A DNA stretch of 63,983 bases, filler included, from Hausera hauseri (lineage: Eukaryota): NCBI GenBank assembly GCA_046269625.1. It is 12 parts of 12 records of this genome, joined end to end, with 100 filler letters (N's around TTAATTAATTAA, not from the genome) between each part and the next. Parts side by side here need not be neighbours in the genome. Positions count along the whole stretch, not along the records: positions 1 to 4,287 come from JBJURY010655553.1; positions 4,388 to 8,401 come from JBJURY010819086.1; positions 8,502 to 12,656 come from JBJURY010730878.1; 9 more parts are not named here. One strand, 5' to 3'. Under the pieces are notes generated by a model, which was given only the letters and a program-made list of their open reading frames with translations, made no database searches and had not been told where the DNA came from. How positions within the stretch are numbered: position 1 is the first letter of the stretch; the number at the start of each line of letters is the position of its first letter. Positions 1 through 12,756 of this stretch are shown one piece after another. The position numbers and the translations under genes are program-made.

Positions 1-967
1 TGTTTGATAAGAATTTCATTCGAATAAATTAGACCAATATAAATACAAGCAGAGTATAAATCAAATTCAAAAACTGGTGAGCAATGTTTTACCAAAACAG
101 TTAGTTGTCCAGTCTGTAGAATCAAAATAGAGAGGATAGTAAATAATTTCCAATTCGCAGAAATTAGGAAAACAAATTTTGTTAAAATCATAATAATATT
201 CAGTACTCTAAGTGGTACGGATTTCACGTGAAAAAGTTTAATATAGACAAGTTATAGTGAAAAAATATTAGGTCACCTGCTCAACAATAAAAGTAATGAA
301 AATGAACTTACACAAACACAAAATAACTGTGTTCGTCTGATTCTAAGAGAAGTTTTTTTCATCCATGAAATGATCAAGTATTTATACTTGATATACTAAA
401 TCAACATGTTCCACATAATTAATTGTACCATATTTTCAATACAAGCACAAGTCAAAATATATGTTGACCAAAAATAAATATACAATTTAAGCAAATGAAA
501 TATCGATCACCAATAACAGAATATCAACAATAGATTCAGCAATTAAGCAAAAGTAATTATGGATCAATGAAATATATGTCGGTCACAATTTGTCAATTGG
601 TCTAAATTGGTCCATTCAAAAATATAGAGCTTTTAATACGATTCACTTTGTTATAGAAATATTTGAAAACATAAAAGAAGAAATAGTTTCTACATCAATT
701 TCTATTTGTTAAAATAATTTTATAACATTCCTGTGAGATATTTTAGTTCATGTAAATGAACAATGTGCAATACATATTGATACATTCACAATATGCAAAA
801 TTGAATATAAAATAGTCAGTTGAATGAAATGTCCATTTAAATATCCAACAGAAATGGCAATAAAACAAAGAACAAAATATTTTACTGTCATTTCGACAAA
901 TAAAATAATTTTATTCAGTCAAACTAAAATCGACAAAGTTTAAATCAAGTCCAGCAGCAAAGAGGAA

Positions 968-1528
968 ATGTCGAATTTGCAAAGTAATTTAGATGAGTTA
1001 AATATAAAAATCAATAATTATGAAAATGACACGAAGCAATGTCATGAAAAAGTTCATCGGCAACTTCAAATGAGCATGACAAAGTTAGGTGAGTTTCAGA
1101 GGAAAAATTGGAATAGTTTAGAGAAAGCAGAGAAATACAACAGAATGTCAATGGAACTGGAACACAAGAAGAAAGAATTGGCCAGCCTAATTTTAGAATT
1201 TGATAATATCTGTAACCAGCTGGTGTATGCAACTTATGTGGATGACACATCAGTTTTCTGGAAATGGAGAAAGCAAGAAACTATTGTCAAATTAAAATTG
1301 GAGTCTGTCCAACAGGAATGTATGAAAATGGCAGAAAATTTGAATGGTCTTTCGATAAAATACAAAGAACCACTGAAGAAAAAAGAAGCCTTTGACAAAA
1401 TGAAGGAGAAAATTAAATGGATTGTTGAAGACTTGACTTTACAATTCGGCGAGTCCTATGGTGGATTGAGCTTTTATAAGCATCTGTACAAAAGGAATAT
1501 GAAGGAAATTGAAAAGATTGAAGGATAA
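968..1528 (+). CDS. Intronless 186-aa coiled-coil protein of unknown function, paralogue of 3225..3827
   Basis: Intact ORF, Lys/Glu-rich helical composition. Clear similarity to 3225..3827 (YVDDTSVFWK vs YVDYTSKFWN; EDLTLQFGESYG vs EDLTLKFGNSYG). AATAAA about 50 bp after the stop. Confidence 0.75.
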   Translation: MSNLQSNLDELNIKINNYENDTKQCHEKVHRQLQMSMTKLGEFQRKNWNSLEKAEKYNRMSMELEHKKKELASLILEFDNICNQLVYATYVDDTSVFWKWRKQETIVKLKLESVQQECMKMAENLNGLSIKYKEPLKKKEAFDKMKEKIKWIVEDLTLQFGESYGGLSFYKHLYKRNMKEIEKIEG

Positions 1529-1742
1529 GTGGATTGTTTACATGGACTACATTTGTCATGTAAATTTTATTTTAAATAAATAATTTATATTTGACGAAGT
1601 AATTATTATTAACTATTTATTTATTCGGCTTGTGTTAATGTTTATAATTTAATCTTTATGTTAATGGTTTAAATTTATAGTTCACCAAATGTTTGGATTA
1701 TTTATTGGTAGAAGTGAATACTGGCTTTCGCTGGACCCTTCT

Positions 1743-1756
1743 GTTACCATGGTAAC
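1743..1756. promoter_or_regulatory. Perfect palindrome GTTACCATGGTAAC matching an RFX X-box
   Basis: 14-bp perfect palindrome fitting GTTNCCATGGNAAC, in a locally GC-richer patch with an ATTGG (reverse CCAAT) and other short palindromes. Confidence 0.4.
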
Positions 1757-2549
1757 GAGATACGTCCATGATGTATGACTCGTCATGATTGGTGGTTTTG
1801 CGCTAGCGCACCTTGCTTTCATGACAATCTGAGGAATTGTGATTAGATATCCACACTTAGAGTACCGAATATTATGATGATTTTAACAAAATTTCTTATC
1901 CTAATCAATAACTCGTACACAATCTTAATAGAGCATAGACTATAGAAAGTTTTTGCTTTTTGATAATCAAAATCTCAGTTTTCGTGAACTTTTTTTTATA
2001 TTTTCACAAGTACAAAATTTGGTAATACAGAGTAATTAGTATTTTTGCTGTGGTAAAACTTAGTGATTCATATTTAATCCTGATTTTACGGATGCTACAT
2101 AAAAGATTTTTACAACATATGACAAAACGTATGAAAAATTTTAACATATGTGGATTATTTTGATCCCTTTCTTTTACTACAAACATTTTCTTTTCATTTT
2201 TGTTAATTTAGCGGAATATGTAAATTATTTTATCCCATTGGAAATGTTTCATGTGAGTAAAACTATTTTATTGTATTTTTATAACTGACATATGTTAGAC
2301 GAAATAACTGCATATATTTGTAACTATTTAATCTTGGGGAACATAACACAAGTTTTTCTGATACGTCATGTATTTCTACAATATTTGTAAGTATGACTTC
2401 TTGTATATTCATTTTGTATGTTTTTATTTCATTGATTGTCTAATTGATATTTTACATAAATATTTATTAAAAGTTTTATGTCTTTAAATAGTTTTACCTC
2501 ATATTATTTTTATATTATTTAAGTAACGTACATATCGCAATAGGATTAA

Positions 2550-2733
2550 TTAGAAATTAGTTACTCACCTCTCTATTCTGGTTCTACAGACTGGACAACT
2601 GTTTTGGTAGAACATTGTTCACAGGTATTCAAGTGACCACAAGGTAGGACGATGAATTCGAATGTGTATGCTGAACACATGAAACATTGATAGTTATTCA
2701 AATTTATTTTGCGCATTATTTCCAAAACCGTAT
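2550..2733 (-). pseudogene. IAP/BIRC-type C3HC4 RING-finger exon remnant (frameshifted); partial inverted copy at about 74-150 (+)
   Basis: Minus strand reads YQCFMCSAYTFEFIVLPCGHLNTCEQCSTKT/[4-bp deletion]/CPVCRTRIER after a cag acceptor. 74-150 (+) reads EQCFTKTVSCPVCRIKIERIV. Confidence 0.7.
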
Positions 2734-3224
2734 CTGTTATGTAATTAACAATTACTAATTATTACGTATTTTATCGGATTTGATGAGTTTGTTTAATTTA
2801 TAAACATTCTGTAAATGCAAAAAAATCAAGAACCAGCTCCTGACGAATGCAGTGTCAGCCAAAAATGTGAAAATCAATTTTATTTGAATGTAATTTCCAA
2901 CAAAATGTGTCAAATCTTTTCATTCAAAGAGAACCTTCGTATTTTAAATTTGTTGATATTTTTCATTTTTAGGAATTACAACAATGGTAAAAATTTTAAT
3001 TTGTTCGAAAATTAATTCCATTTCTATTCCGATGTTTTGATAGACAAAGTTTATCAATAAATAGCTGCGATTGTTGTTATATGCAAATTGTGTTTTGTGG
3101 TTTGTTTGATAACAATTTCATTCGAATAAATTAGACCAATATAAGTACAAATAAAAAGTAATTCAAATTATTTCTGTCATTTGCGCAATTAAAAATATCG
3201 GCGAACATTACATAACATAACTTC

Positions 3225-3827
3225 ATGGCTGACGAACAAACAGAATTTGCGTTACTCCAAACCAATTTAGAAAAGATGATTGAAAATTGTAAAAACTACG
3301 AACGAGAGAGCAAGGAGTGCCAGGATGAAATTTATCATATGTTGCAGATTAACATGAAAACTCTGAAAGAATTTCGAGTAAAACATTCGAAAAGTTTTAT
3401 AAAGACTGAAAACTATTTCAAAAAGGAAGTTGAATTAGCCAAGAAAAAGCAAGAATTAACGAAATTAATAACCGAACTTAATGGTATTGACAATCAAATG
3501 GTAAATGATGTATACGTAGATTACACATCGAAATTTTGGAATAATAAAACACAGAAAACCGTTAGAAAATCAAAACTCGAAATAGTCCAAAAGGAATGCA
3601 TTGATATGACAAACGAATTGTTTTACCTTCAGAAGAAATACAAAACATATTTACAACAAACCAACGATTATCATGTTATGAAAGAAACATTTAAGTCGGT
3701 AATGGAAGATTTAACTTTAAAATTTGGTAATTCATATGGTAGTCAAAGTTATTTGAAAAAGGTTTGTGAAAGTGAATTGAAAAAGTTGAAGGAAATGGAA
3801 GAATTTCGAAAAATATTTATCAAATAA
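3225..3827 (+). CDS. Intronless 200-aa coiled-coil protein of unknown function, paralogue of 968..1528
   Basis: Intact ORF, homologous to 968..1528. The upstream block 3102-3150 duplicates positions 1-48. Confidence 0.75.
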   Translation: MADEQTEFALLQTNLEKMIENCKNYERESKECQDEIYHMLQINMKTLKEFRVKHSKSFIKTENYFKKEVELAKKKQELTKLITELNGIDNQMVNDVYVDYTSKFWNNKTQKTVRKSKLEIVQKECIDMTNELFYLQKKYKTYLQQTNDYHVMKETFKSVMEDLTLKFGNSYGSQSYLKKVCESELKKLKEMEEFRKIFIK

Positions 3828-4287
3828 ATTGGTGATTAGTAAAGTTCGGATTAAATGTTAAATACATGTATTTATTTATTTATTCTAATTTTGTATTTTG
3901 TACATAATTTTACCAATGGAGTAGATCCAATTTCGAAATATCCAAAAGATAAGTGGATTGCATATTTACGAATGGGATCTACTGTTCAATTTTTCAATAA
4001 TTGAGATGGGAGAGCGACAATATTTTATTCAATTAAATCAATTATCGAAGAGAAGAATAACGTTATTGGGGACAGTTATGTTCATCAATTATGCGCGTCT
4101 ACGGGGATTCACGAGAGAGAGAGAGACAGAGACAGGAAGAGAAAAGTAAACGTTTCATTCAGAAAGGTAATGGTGCTTTAATGGATAAACTGCTACCAAG
4201 TCTTATAAGTCTTTATTTGAAGAGGCATGAAATTGCGAATTTATTTTCATAAACAATAAAAGGTAATTTTTTACCTATTATAGAAAA

Positions 4288-4387
4288 NNNNNNNNNNNNN
4301 NNNNNNNNNNNNNNNNNNNNNNNNNNNNNNNTTAATTAATTAANNNNNNNNNNNNNNNNNNNNNNNNNNNNNNNNNNNNNNNNNNNN
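4288..4387. other. Artificial contig spacer N44-TTAATTAATTAA-N44 (also 8402-8501, 12657-12756, 20065-20164, 26458-26557, 31564-31663, 36215-36314, 40686-40785, 50154-50253, 55295-55394, 59932-60031)
   Basis: Identical 100-bp structure 11 times; the 12-mer places stop codons in all six frames. Confidence 0.99.
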
Positions 4388-4705
4388 ATCTTACAAGGTG
4401 AATTGTCAGAGGGAACAAGCCCAAGAGGGAGACCAAAGATGAGATATAAAGATGTCTGTAAATCGTCCATGGAGCGCTTTCACTCTGATGTTAGTAACTG
4501 GGAAAAGCTTGCAGAAAATCGCTCGGCACTGAGGGCATCGCTACGCAGAGGCACAACAACATTCGATACTGCAGTATTCAACAAGCTGGAAGACAAAATA
4601 TGTAGACGCAAAGAATCAGGGGAAATTAATGCATGGTAGCCTATTCATACTGTAGCAGAATCTGTCAAACATTGGTAAGTTTAGCCATGAAAGAAGCTGT
4701 TCACT
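4388..4705 (+). mobile_element. RTE-clade LINE ORF 3' end fragment
   Basis: LQGELSEGTSPRGRPKMRYKDVCKSSM...WEKLAENRSALR is the typical RTE C-terminus, followed by a degraded C2H2-like tail (CRICQ..IGKFSHERSC). Confidence 0.8.
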
Positions 4706-4794
4706 AGCCAGCATTTTCTGCTTTCAAGGCCGTCTGACAAGATGAGAAGGCCAATCAAGATATATGTAGTTGATTATTTGCGTAGTTAGTTAAT

Positions 4795-6540
4795 TGAGTA
4801 GTGGAAGATATCAGCGTTGAAAAGTTAGCCTTCATCATCAGGTGTCCTGTTGTTAGTCATATAAACATCATCAGGTGACCCGTCTTGTTAGGAAATGGAA
4901 GTTAACAGCATTGTTAGATTAGTCAAACAGCATTCTGTGTCCTTTTAATGGGGATATTAGTCGTCATCAGATGCCCTGTCTTACAAGGAAAGAGAAGATA
5001 GCAACGCTGGTAGGGGTAACCAGCCTTTTTTTATGTTAAAAACTTTTCATGTCGACCATTTTATGTCAGCCGAGCAGCCTTGTTATGGGTATTAGTCAGC
5101 ATCAGGTGACCAGTTGTATAAGGAAGGGGAAGTTAACAGCGTTGTTAGGGTAGTCATGATCACGTGTCCGGATGTTAGGGGTATTAGACGTCAACATGTA
5201 CCCTGGTGGCCGTATAGGGAAAAAACTTTTCGTTATTTTTTGTTTTTGTCATTTGCCCTTTTTAAATTTTTTCCCCTTTGACCTTTGATCTTTACCATGT
5301 GAACTTTGTCACATGACCTTTGTTATTCACCTGACCTTTGTCACATGGTCATTGCCGTTTGGCATTTGTCATATGATCTTTCCCGGCTTTACACAAGTAA
5401 CCGTGTATTCTCAGCCTCATTACACTGAGCGGCCTTGTTAAAGCCAGAAGAACTTCTCGCTAATACAAAAGCCCATGACAGCAACCTTCGAGTCACAAAA
5501 TTGTAAGAGTTTTTGCCATAAAATCAGTATTATAATCTTACAATAATAGTGTTACCCTTATCTCTTGATCGTATTTGCAATGCTATCACTTCGAAGTAAT
5601 TAGCTTATTTGACCCCATCAGACATGTCCATATTCAATTCTTGACGAGAACTAATGCAAGCATACGGATATATGTACTGACATCGGAAGCAAATGACGAA
5701 AACATCAAGGAATGTACAGCAAACTACAAGAAAACGCTACACACAATGTAAAGAAAAATACATCACAATTATTTTGGGCGATTTCAATGCAAAAATCGTC
5801 ATTGAAAGAACATATTTATAGACGAGGAGAAAAGTTGTTAACATGAAAATTTGCCCAACATGAAAAATTGTCGAAATGAAAAACAATTGCCAACTGAAAA
5901 AAATTAACAACATGAAAAAATGACCGATTTGAAAAAAAAATGCCAAAATAACAAAAATTGACAACATACAAAATGACCGACCAAAAAAATGGCAGACATT
6001 AAAAAAATGGCCGACATAAAAAATGGCCGAGGTGAAAAGAATTGATGATATTAAAAAATGGCTGCACATGAAAAGAAAGGGCCGACATAAAAATGGATAA
6101 CATGAAAAAAATTGTCGACATGAAACATTGTCGACATGAAAAAATGGTTGACATGAAAAGTTATCCACATGAAAACATATCCGACATGAAAAGTTGTCGA
6201 AATGAAAAATTGCGACATGAAAATTCGCCAGCATGAAAAGAAAATGGTCAAAATGAAAAGTTACCGACATGAAAAAAATTGGCCGACATGATGACGGTAA
6301 ATCCAGATGAGTACCACCTAATAACGCTGTTATTTTCACCCTCCTTATACGGTTGGGGACATTTTGATGAATAATAGTCCCAATAACACGACACATGATG
6401 GTGACTAATCTAACAACGCTGATAACTTCCCTTTCCTTATATGACAGGTCACCTGATGAAAAGTTGTTGACAAAAAAATGGCCATTACCCCTACCAACAT
6501 TGCTATCTTCCCTTCCTTGTACGACAGGGCACCTATCTGA
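4795..6540. repeat. Modular repeat arrays in inverted orientation (about 4795-5210 vs 5830-6540), including a ccgacatgaaaa minisatellite at about 5830-6290
   Basis: Units such as catcaggtgaccagttgtataaggaaggggaagttaacagcgttgttagggtagtca (about 5100-5156) match the reverse complement of 6402-6458. About 4966-5050 matches the reverse complement of about 6455-6540. Confidence 0.75.
5640..5805 (+). mobile_element. LINE apurinic endonuclease (APE) remnant
   Basis: Frameshifted QAY..TSEANDENI...GDFNAKI motifs. Confidence 0.55.
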
Positions 6541-6949
6541 ACGGCAAACCTATACCGTATCGTCATCAATGTATATTAGTGACCAAGACCTGGGAACCCC
6601 ACCACGGCGTTATATAACTTATATAAGGAAATATTTAACATAAGACCGGGAAAGACATAGGGCGTATTGGTTTTTCTAACTGAGCGGTAAACCTATAGTG
6701 GTGGAGCATCATCATTAGTGTACAAGACATTTCAATAAATCCTCTAGCTTAGCTAGACCTTGGACGCATCGCCGCGGGGAACTGCTGGCAGGCCGCCGTA
6801 ACTTGCTGTCAATTTTTCTGTAACTAAAAAACTAAAGATACGAGTACACCGAAATTACAACATAAAACCATTTTTTATTTTACAAATTTTTATTTGCCTT
6901 AGTACATGGGAGAAAACCGTTCTAATTTTAGTCTTTTGCTTGGTCTTTT

Positions 6950-8010
6950 TCAAGGGTTGCTCAAATGTATGTACTGAACAGATGAAGAGGTTTCCGTTTC
7001 GACGGACGGATCCGTAGTAATATTGGACTTTCGAGGGGCTTTCAGTTGTAGGGGCTCAGATTCGTCTTGGCTTGGTAACTGGTAATCAGACGTGTTTTGA
7101 GCAGAGCGATCAAACGATGAAACAAAGTTCTGAAAGTAAGCCACCAACTTTAAGACATCCAACATGTGTACAGGCCATTTATGTGTGTGGTTAAGGAGCT
7201 TTGAAAGAAAACCCAGCGCTGTGAGAAGGAAGTGTTCAATTTTGTGTTGGAAGAATTCAGACAAACAGTGAGTATCGATAAGTTGTACTGTCTCGGTACA
7301 AGTAGGGATAACTTGGCAAACACAAATTGTGATATGGAGAGACTTATGCTAGTATGTTGGAAATCGCATACTGATATAGTGGTCTGAAGTGCATTGAACA
7401 ATGTATAAATTGCACGGAACTGACAAAGTTACAACGAGTAAAGTTCAGTTAAACGGAACTGGATCCTTTAGTTAGCTGTCCTATGTGTTTAGCTTGTTCC
7501 GGCTCACGTTAATTGTGGAATTATAATTATCTTGTATGTTATGACGGCAATGGAAGTCGTGTAGCCCGGTTTGCTTTAACCATGGGCCTCGACATTGCTT
7601 TCAGTGTCTCTGTGTGAAGCTTCGTATTGTGTATCTGAGGTCTGTTACCTGTTGTATCGCGTAAGCCGATACATGTGCAATTAGAGACTTGTTGGATGAT
7701 AAAGAATTGACACAGCTGACATAAAGGAGAGCGTAGATATAAGCTCCTTGCACACATTTAGTCTTCCCATTGTTGTTAGTTAATAAAGTTAGTTTGAATT
7801 ATTCAATACGCCTTCTCCAGTCCATGCAGTTCGTGCTGAGAACCTTTGTTGCAAGATAATTGGTGTTGAAGAAATTGTGTTATTGTTCATGGTTGAATGG
7901 TTGTGAATCAGTTTAAGCCATCCTATATCTGCGGTATAATCATTAGCGAACCTTGTGTGCATATAGTCCTGCCACCGGCAATTGTCCAATATATGCAAAC
8001 CGCCATTATA
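6950..8010 (-). mobile_element. Possible degraded hAT-like transposase remnant
   Basis: Fragments CVCQ..., SQRW, KWP..AYF loosely resemble hAT catalytic-region motifs; heavily decayed. Confidence 0.25.
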
Positions 8011-8059
8011 TAGAATCTGGCAAACTAATGATGTATCACGAGAGTGTGTAGCTATAATG

Positions 8060-8401
8060 CATAGCTATTAGCTGTCACAACAGCCACTAGCCCAGAAGAA
8101 GAAATTGAACAGTTTTATGTGGAAAGGGATGCAGCAATGAAACAATGTAAATTTGGAGAAGTTTCTATAGTAATGGGAGATTTTAATGCAGTTACCATAG
8201 TAATGGGGGATTTTAATGCCAAAGTGAGAGATAATCAGATGGCGAAACAAACGGACAATTTGGTCTAGGGCAGAGAAATGACAGAGGAGATAGATTAATT
8301 TAAATCACACCACATGATCATATGTAACACATGGTTTAAGCAACATCCAAGACGTTTATGGACATGGAGAAGCCGATGTGATAATTATTATAATCAGATA
8401 G
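8060..8401 (+). mobile_element. RTE-like LINE APE endonuclease fragment with internal 30-bp duplication
   Basis: EEEIEQFY...IVMGDFNAV-TIVMGDFNAKV...GLGQRNDRGDRL...CNTWFKQHPRRLWTWRS...NQID. Confidence 0.85.
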
Positions 8402-9436
8402 NNNNNNNNNNNNNNNNNNNNNNNNNNNNNNNNNNNNNNNNNNNNTTAATTAATTAANNNNNNNNNNNNNNNNNNNNNNNNNNNNNNNNNNNNNNNNNNN
8501 NCCATGAAATATACACGGTGATAAGAAAAAACCAAATCAAGACATTAAATTTCGGAAAATCTGCACGAAAATTCTATGTGTGCGTTTGTAAAATACTTTT
8601 CATATAGTATTTGAAAACCACTGATTTCGTCAATATTTTCCTCTTCAACAAGCAGCCTTTTGTGACAGTGAATTCATCATTCGAGTTGCATTGTCTACAT
8701 ACCCATTGGTCACTATTAAAGTACTCATTACTGTACCATACACCAGCAGGATGATTCACCATGCCTTAATTGCTAATTTAGTCACTTTAATCGCCATTTT
8801 GACATCTACAATTCTCATCAATAATTTAAATGTCAGCTGTTGGTTGAATGTTAATGGAGTGTTCTAATTTTTATGTGATATGATGTGGACAGTACACGTT
8901 ATGTTCATCGACATTTCAATCATGCATGCGTAGATTTGTCTAAATTTTACATTTTCATTATTTGTCATCAGCTAATGTTCTTCCTTTGTAATATTCGATT
9001 TATAGGTTTTTATTGATGTTCTGTCAATACAAAATGTATTGATTTCTTCCATCGTGTATAAATTTTGATTATGTACATGACTGACTACACACTATATTCG
9101 ATGGATATATTTTATTTCGTCACAACATAAAGTCAGAACATATAAATCGAATGTTAAATGAACATTAACTCGAATTCATATCTTTTATCGGGGGAATATT
9201 GAATACATCTGTGATATTGATTAAAAATTTGTACAAACAGTCAGTAAACAACTGACCCATCTGTTTATAGGTACAAGAAATGTCAATTTTTCATTGGCTG
9301 ACTTCAATTATGAAATCTACACACTCACACAGTCTGATATGAAGGAAATTAGATAAAAATATGTTTATCGGCACTTGTACAATTTACCCCCATTTCATTT
9401 CACCGCACTGTTTATTGAATATTGTTATTAAATTAG

Positions 9437-9568
9437 ACGGTATGGTCGCTGGTTTGATCACAATAATCTGGAAAATGGTGCACAACAGTTGCTTACATAT
9501 GCATTTGATCATGGAAAGAAATGGGAGAAATTGATCGATGAATGGCAGAATCCGATTTTGAATGATAA
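9437..9568 (+). CDS. GBA2: Non-lysosomal glucosylceramidase (GH116), internal exon
   Basis: ag|a-RYGRWFDH...YAFDHGKKWEKLIDEWQNPILNDK|gtatgt; phase-2 56-bp intron 9569-9624. Confidence 0.9.
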
Positions 9569-9624
9569 GTATGTGGATAATTTAGTAGAACAAAAATATT
9601 TGGATTATTGGCCTACTTTTACAG

Positions 9625-9800
9625 ACGGTACCCTGATTGGTTTAAATCAGCATTGTTCAATGAATTGTATTATTTGGTTGATGGCGGTACTGTATGGATG
9701 GACAGAATCGATATTTCATTACCTGTTGAGTCTGCTGATCCGATTATCAGAACTAGACAACAACATTATGCAGAATATGGTGTTTTTGGATATTTGGAAG
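9625..9800 (+). CDS. GBA2: GBA2 internal exon
   Basis: [23 protein letters not shown]...[10 protein letters not shown], phase-consistent AG/GT boundaries. Confidence 0.93.
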
Positions 9801-12144
9801 GTCTTTATTGATTATTATTATTGTGTAATATATTCTGATTTTGTGACACACATTTTACTGATGAACTTATACCAAAACCCTTAGCACATTTCAAAGTTTT
9901 GGTGATGGACGACGAAGCATATGTCCCCTGGGAAGAAATTTTATCACGGATCCTTTCGTTTCAGAGGCCACAATCGGCGGTAAAATATAACCGATTGAGT
10001 GTCTGAAGAAGCGTTTACTGCGCAGCGGGAGGAGGGGAGGAGGGGGATAAAATTGGCAATACAATTTCATGGACATAAATTTTGGTAGGAATAAGATTAC
10101 ATTTTGGTAGGTCTAATAAATCAATAAAATCAATAATTAATGGCCTATCGATTGAGGGAGAACCAACCAACATTTACCCGCTTATGGCAAATTCTCGTAT
10201 GCATTATTTGTTGACAAGAAGGAGGTCTACTGGGATTATTTCTTAACCATCATGTACAAAACAAGACATTGCAGCTATTCAGTCGATGGAATGCATTGAA
10301 AAAGAGCAAAAGCGGAAGAACGAGAGCTGTATATGCGATGTAGAGTTTGTTAAAGTGCAATGCGAACCAGGACGTCGTGGATGAATGGCAGGCATAGATA
10401 GGAAACATGAAGTCTAAGCTTACAAGAGAAACGTCGAATCACAGGCATTCTGTTCTTCTACAAAATCAGCAAATAAAGATCCGCCAATTCCTCCATCATC
10501 CGATTCGTCAGTTTCTTAAGCTGAAGGAGATTCCGGGAATAAGAATCGACGGTTAGGTTGTCAGTCAAGGAACAATGTAACGCTATCATGCAGACGATAG
10601 ACAACTGGAGTAAATGCAAGTTTACTCGTGGTCCCTTTGAGACAGTTGACTTCCCCTCTGCTTTTTTGACTTTGACATCACCGTTGAAGAGAAACGAATA
10701 ATGATTGAGGCAATTCATACTGTTGAAGGACAACAAGTATTCACCAACAGAGGATAGATTTAATACTAGAACAGGCGTCCGTCGAAAAAGATTCAACCAG
10801 ATAACCACCTGTAATGTTACTTGTGGTGTAGGTCATCGATTATGGAATTAGTGACAACAACAATATTTGTAAATATTTACCATTGATGGCATTTAAGTAT
10901 TATTTAGAAATCAATAAATAGTATATTTAAATTGAAATTTGAATAATTGAATGTAAATCAATGAATAGTTTATGAGAGATGGGTGTAATGGTATAATTAA
11001 TCTATATATCAAATTAAGCTAAATTTCATGTATACATTACGATACTCAGCATATTGTCCAAATGTGACTCATTCGATCGATAACTCATGGCCTGTTTGGG
11101 TAGCCCTTGCATTTTCAACAGTGTTGTATCAAAAGTTGCGTCGTCGATCGTTCTGTGTTGTCAATTAGCGGGCAATTAGCAATGAAATGGGAAAATGTAG
11201 TCATTAGTGATGAACAATATGATTAATAGTTCCATTTGTATCCATTTGTACAGTTGTCATAGTCAAATGAAATGGGAAATAATGAAATAACGGACATTTT
11301 GTTATTATTTATGATCGGTTGCGTTGGTTATTTCATAACAAAATACCTAACAGTACATAAAATGAAATGCAACTGTCAAACGTATAACAATTATCTCATT
11401 GTCGTCCTCTCTATTGTTCATTATTCAACTCGCATTGATTGCAAATTAAATTTTCATCTCACTCTCATCTATGAAAATAATTGTACTTTTATTGATTATC
11501 CCATTGGTTCTTTTTCTGTCTCTTTATTGATTAGTATACATTTGATGTTTAATATCATCACAAATGCCACAAGTGAAACGTCAAATTTTCATTATAATTT
11601 CATATGACACACACACATACATACACATATGCACACATACAATATATTCTTTGATTATTGGAAATGCCGGTTCTGGCACACACAACTCCTCCAGAAATTG
11701 CGCAATCCATCATGTGCTCTCATGATGCAATGTTAAAATTTGCGGAAATATACTCAGAGGACTAAGAAATTGACCTTAAAGGAAAAATGGCTTTTTGGAA
11801 ATTGCGTCATAACGAAGAAACATATTGCATCCAATCCGTACGGTCCAATGCCGTCCATATAGGATTCATTCGTCTCACTTCATTGAATCGAATCGAACGA
11901 CATGTTAACCAACTCCATTGGACGCACGGGAGCTGAGATATCGCACATCAGTACCGTTATCCAAACATTTTGCATATACCACTAGAATCGCGCTGACACG
12001 CCTACGTCAAAAATGCAACAACGCAATTCCCATAAACATACGAAAGGACTCATTTGGCCAGTTTTGTTTGTGCTTGCTGATAAATTATTTTAATTATGAT
12101 TATAATTAATTAATTATAATTAATCGAATTGTATGGCATTGTAG

Positions 12145-12509
12145 GCCATGAATATCGAATGTACAACACGTATGATGTCCACTATTACTCCAGTTGGGCA
12201 TTAGTCACGCTGTGGCCACATTTACAGGAGTCCATTCAATACGACATGACTGATGCCACAACTGCTGATGACCAATCAAATTGTTACTACGTCCATAAGG
12301 GTGTACAGGAAGCACGTAGTAACCGATTTGCCATTCCACATGATGCCGGTGATCCAGAGGAAGAACCATTTTTGTTGTACAATGCATACATCATGTACAA
12401 TACTGATGAATGGAAAGACCTTGGACCAAAATACGTGTTGCAGGTGTTCCGTGATTGGAAAATGACAGGGAATGATAGTTACCTTCGATATACATTTCCA
12501 GTTGCCATG
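12145..12509 (+). CDS. GBA2: GBA2 internal exon (3' boundary uncertain)
   Basis: G|HEYRMYNTYDVHYYSSWAL..LWP..Q...PHDAGDPEEEPF...NAY...WKDLGPKYVLQVFRD; joins the previous exon in phase across a 2.3-kb intron. Confidence 0.93.
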
Positions 12510-12756
12510 TTAAAGTATAAAATTGAAAGTTTATTATACAAATACGGTTAGCAAAATGTATGTATAGCAAGTAACGGGAGAAAAACACAGGAACTTGGTG
12601 AAAGTACAGAAGAAGATGGCGTATTAAGGATGAATAAAAGGGAAAAAGACACGAGGNNNNNNNNNNNNNNNNNNNNNNNNNNNNNNNNNNNNNNNNNNNN
12701 TTAATTAATTAANNNNNNNNNNNNNNNNNNNNNNNNNNNNNNNNNNNNNNNNNNNN

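Larger units (their letters stand above)
163..1905. repeat. About 52-bp inverted repeat pair (163-214 / 1854-1905) flanking ORF 968..1528
   Basis: attaggaaaacaaattttgttaaaatcataataatattcagtactctaagtg aligns to the reverse complement of 1854-1905 with 4 mismatches. Confidence 0.8.

Noticed and set aside
5737-6396. 219-aa Phe/His-rich ORF as a membrane protein
   Set aside because: It is the antisense translation of the ccgacatgaaaa minisatellite.
9489-9884. 131-aa standalone ORF
   Set aside because: Only its start is real; it is a GBA2 exon running into an intron and then out of frame.
10160-11610. ORFs 10458..10808 and 11272..11607 inside the GBA2 intron
   Set aside because: No recognisable motifs; probably decayed repeat or chance ORFs.
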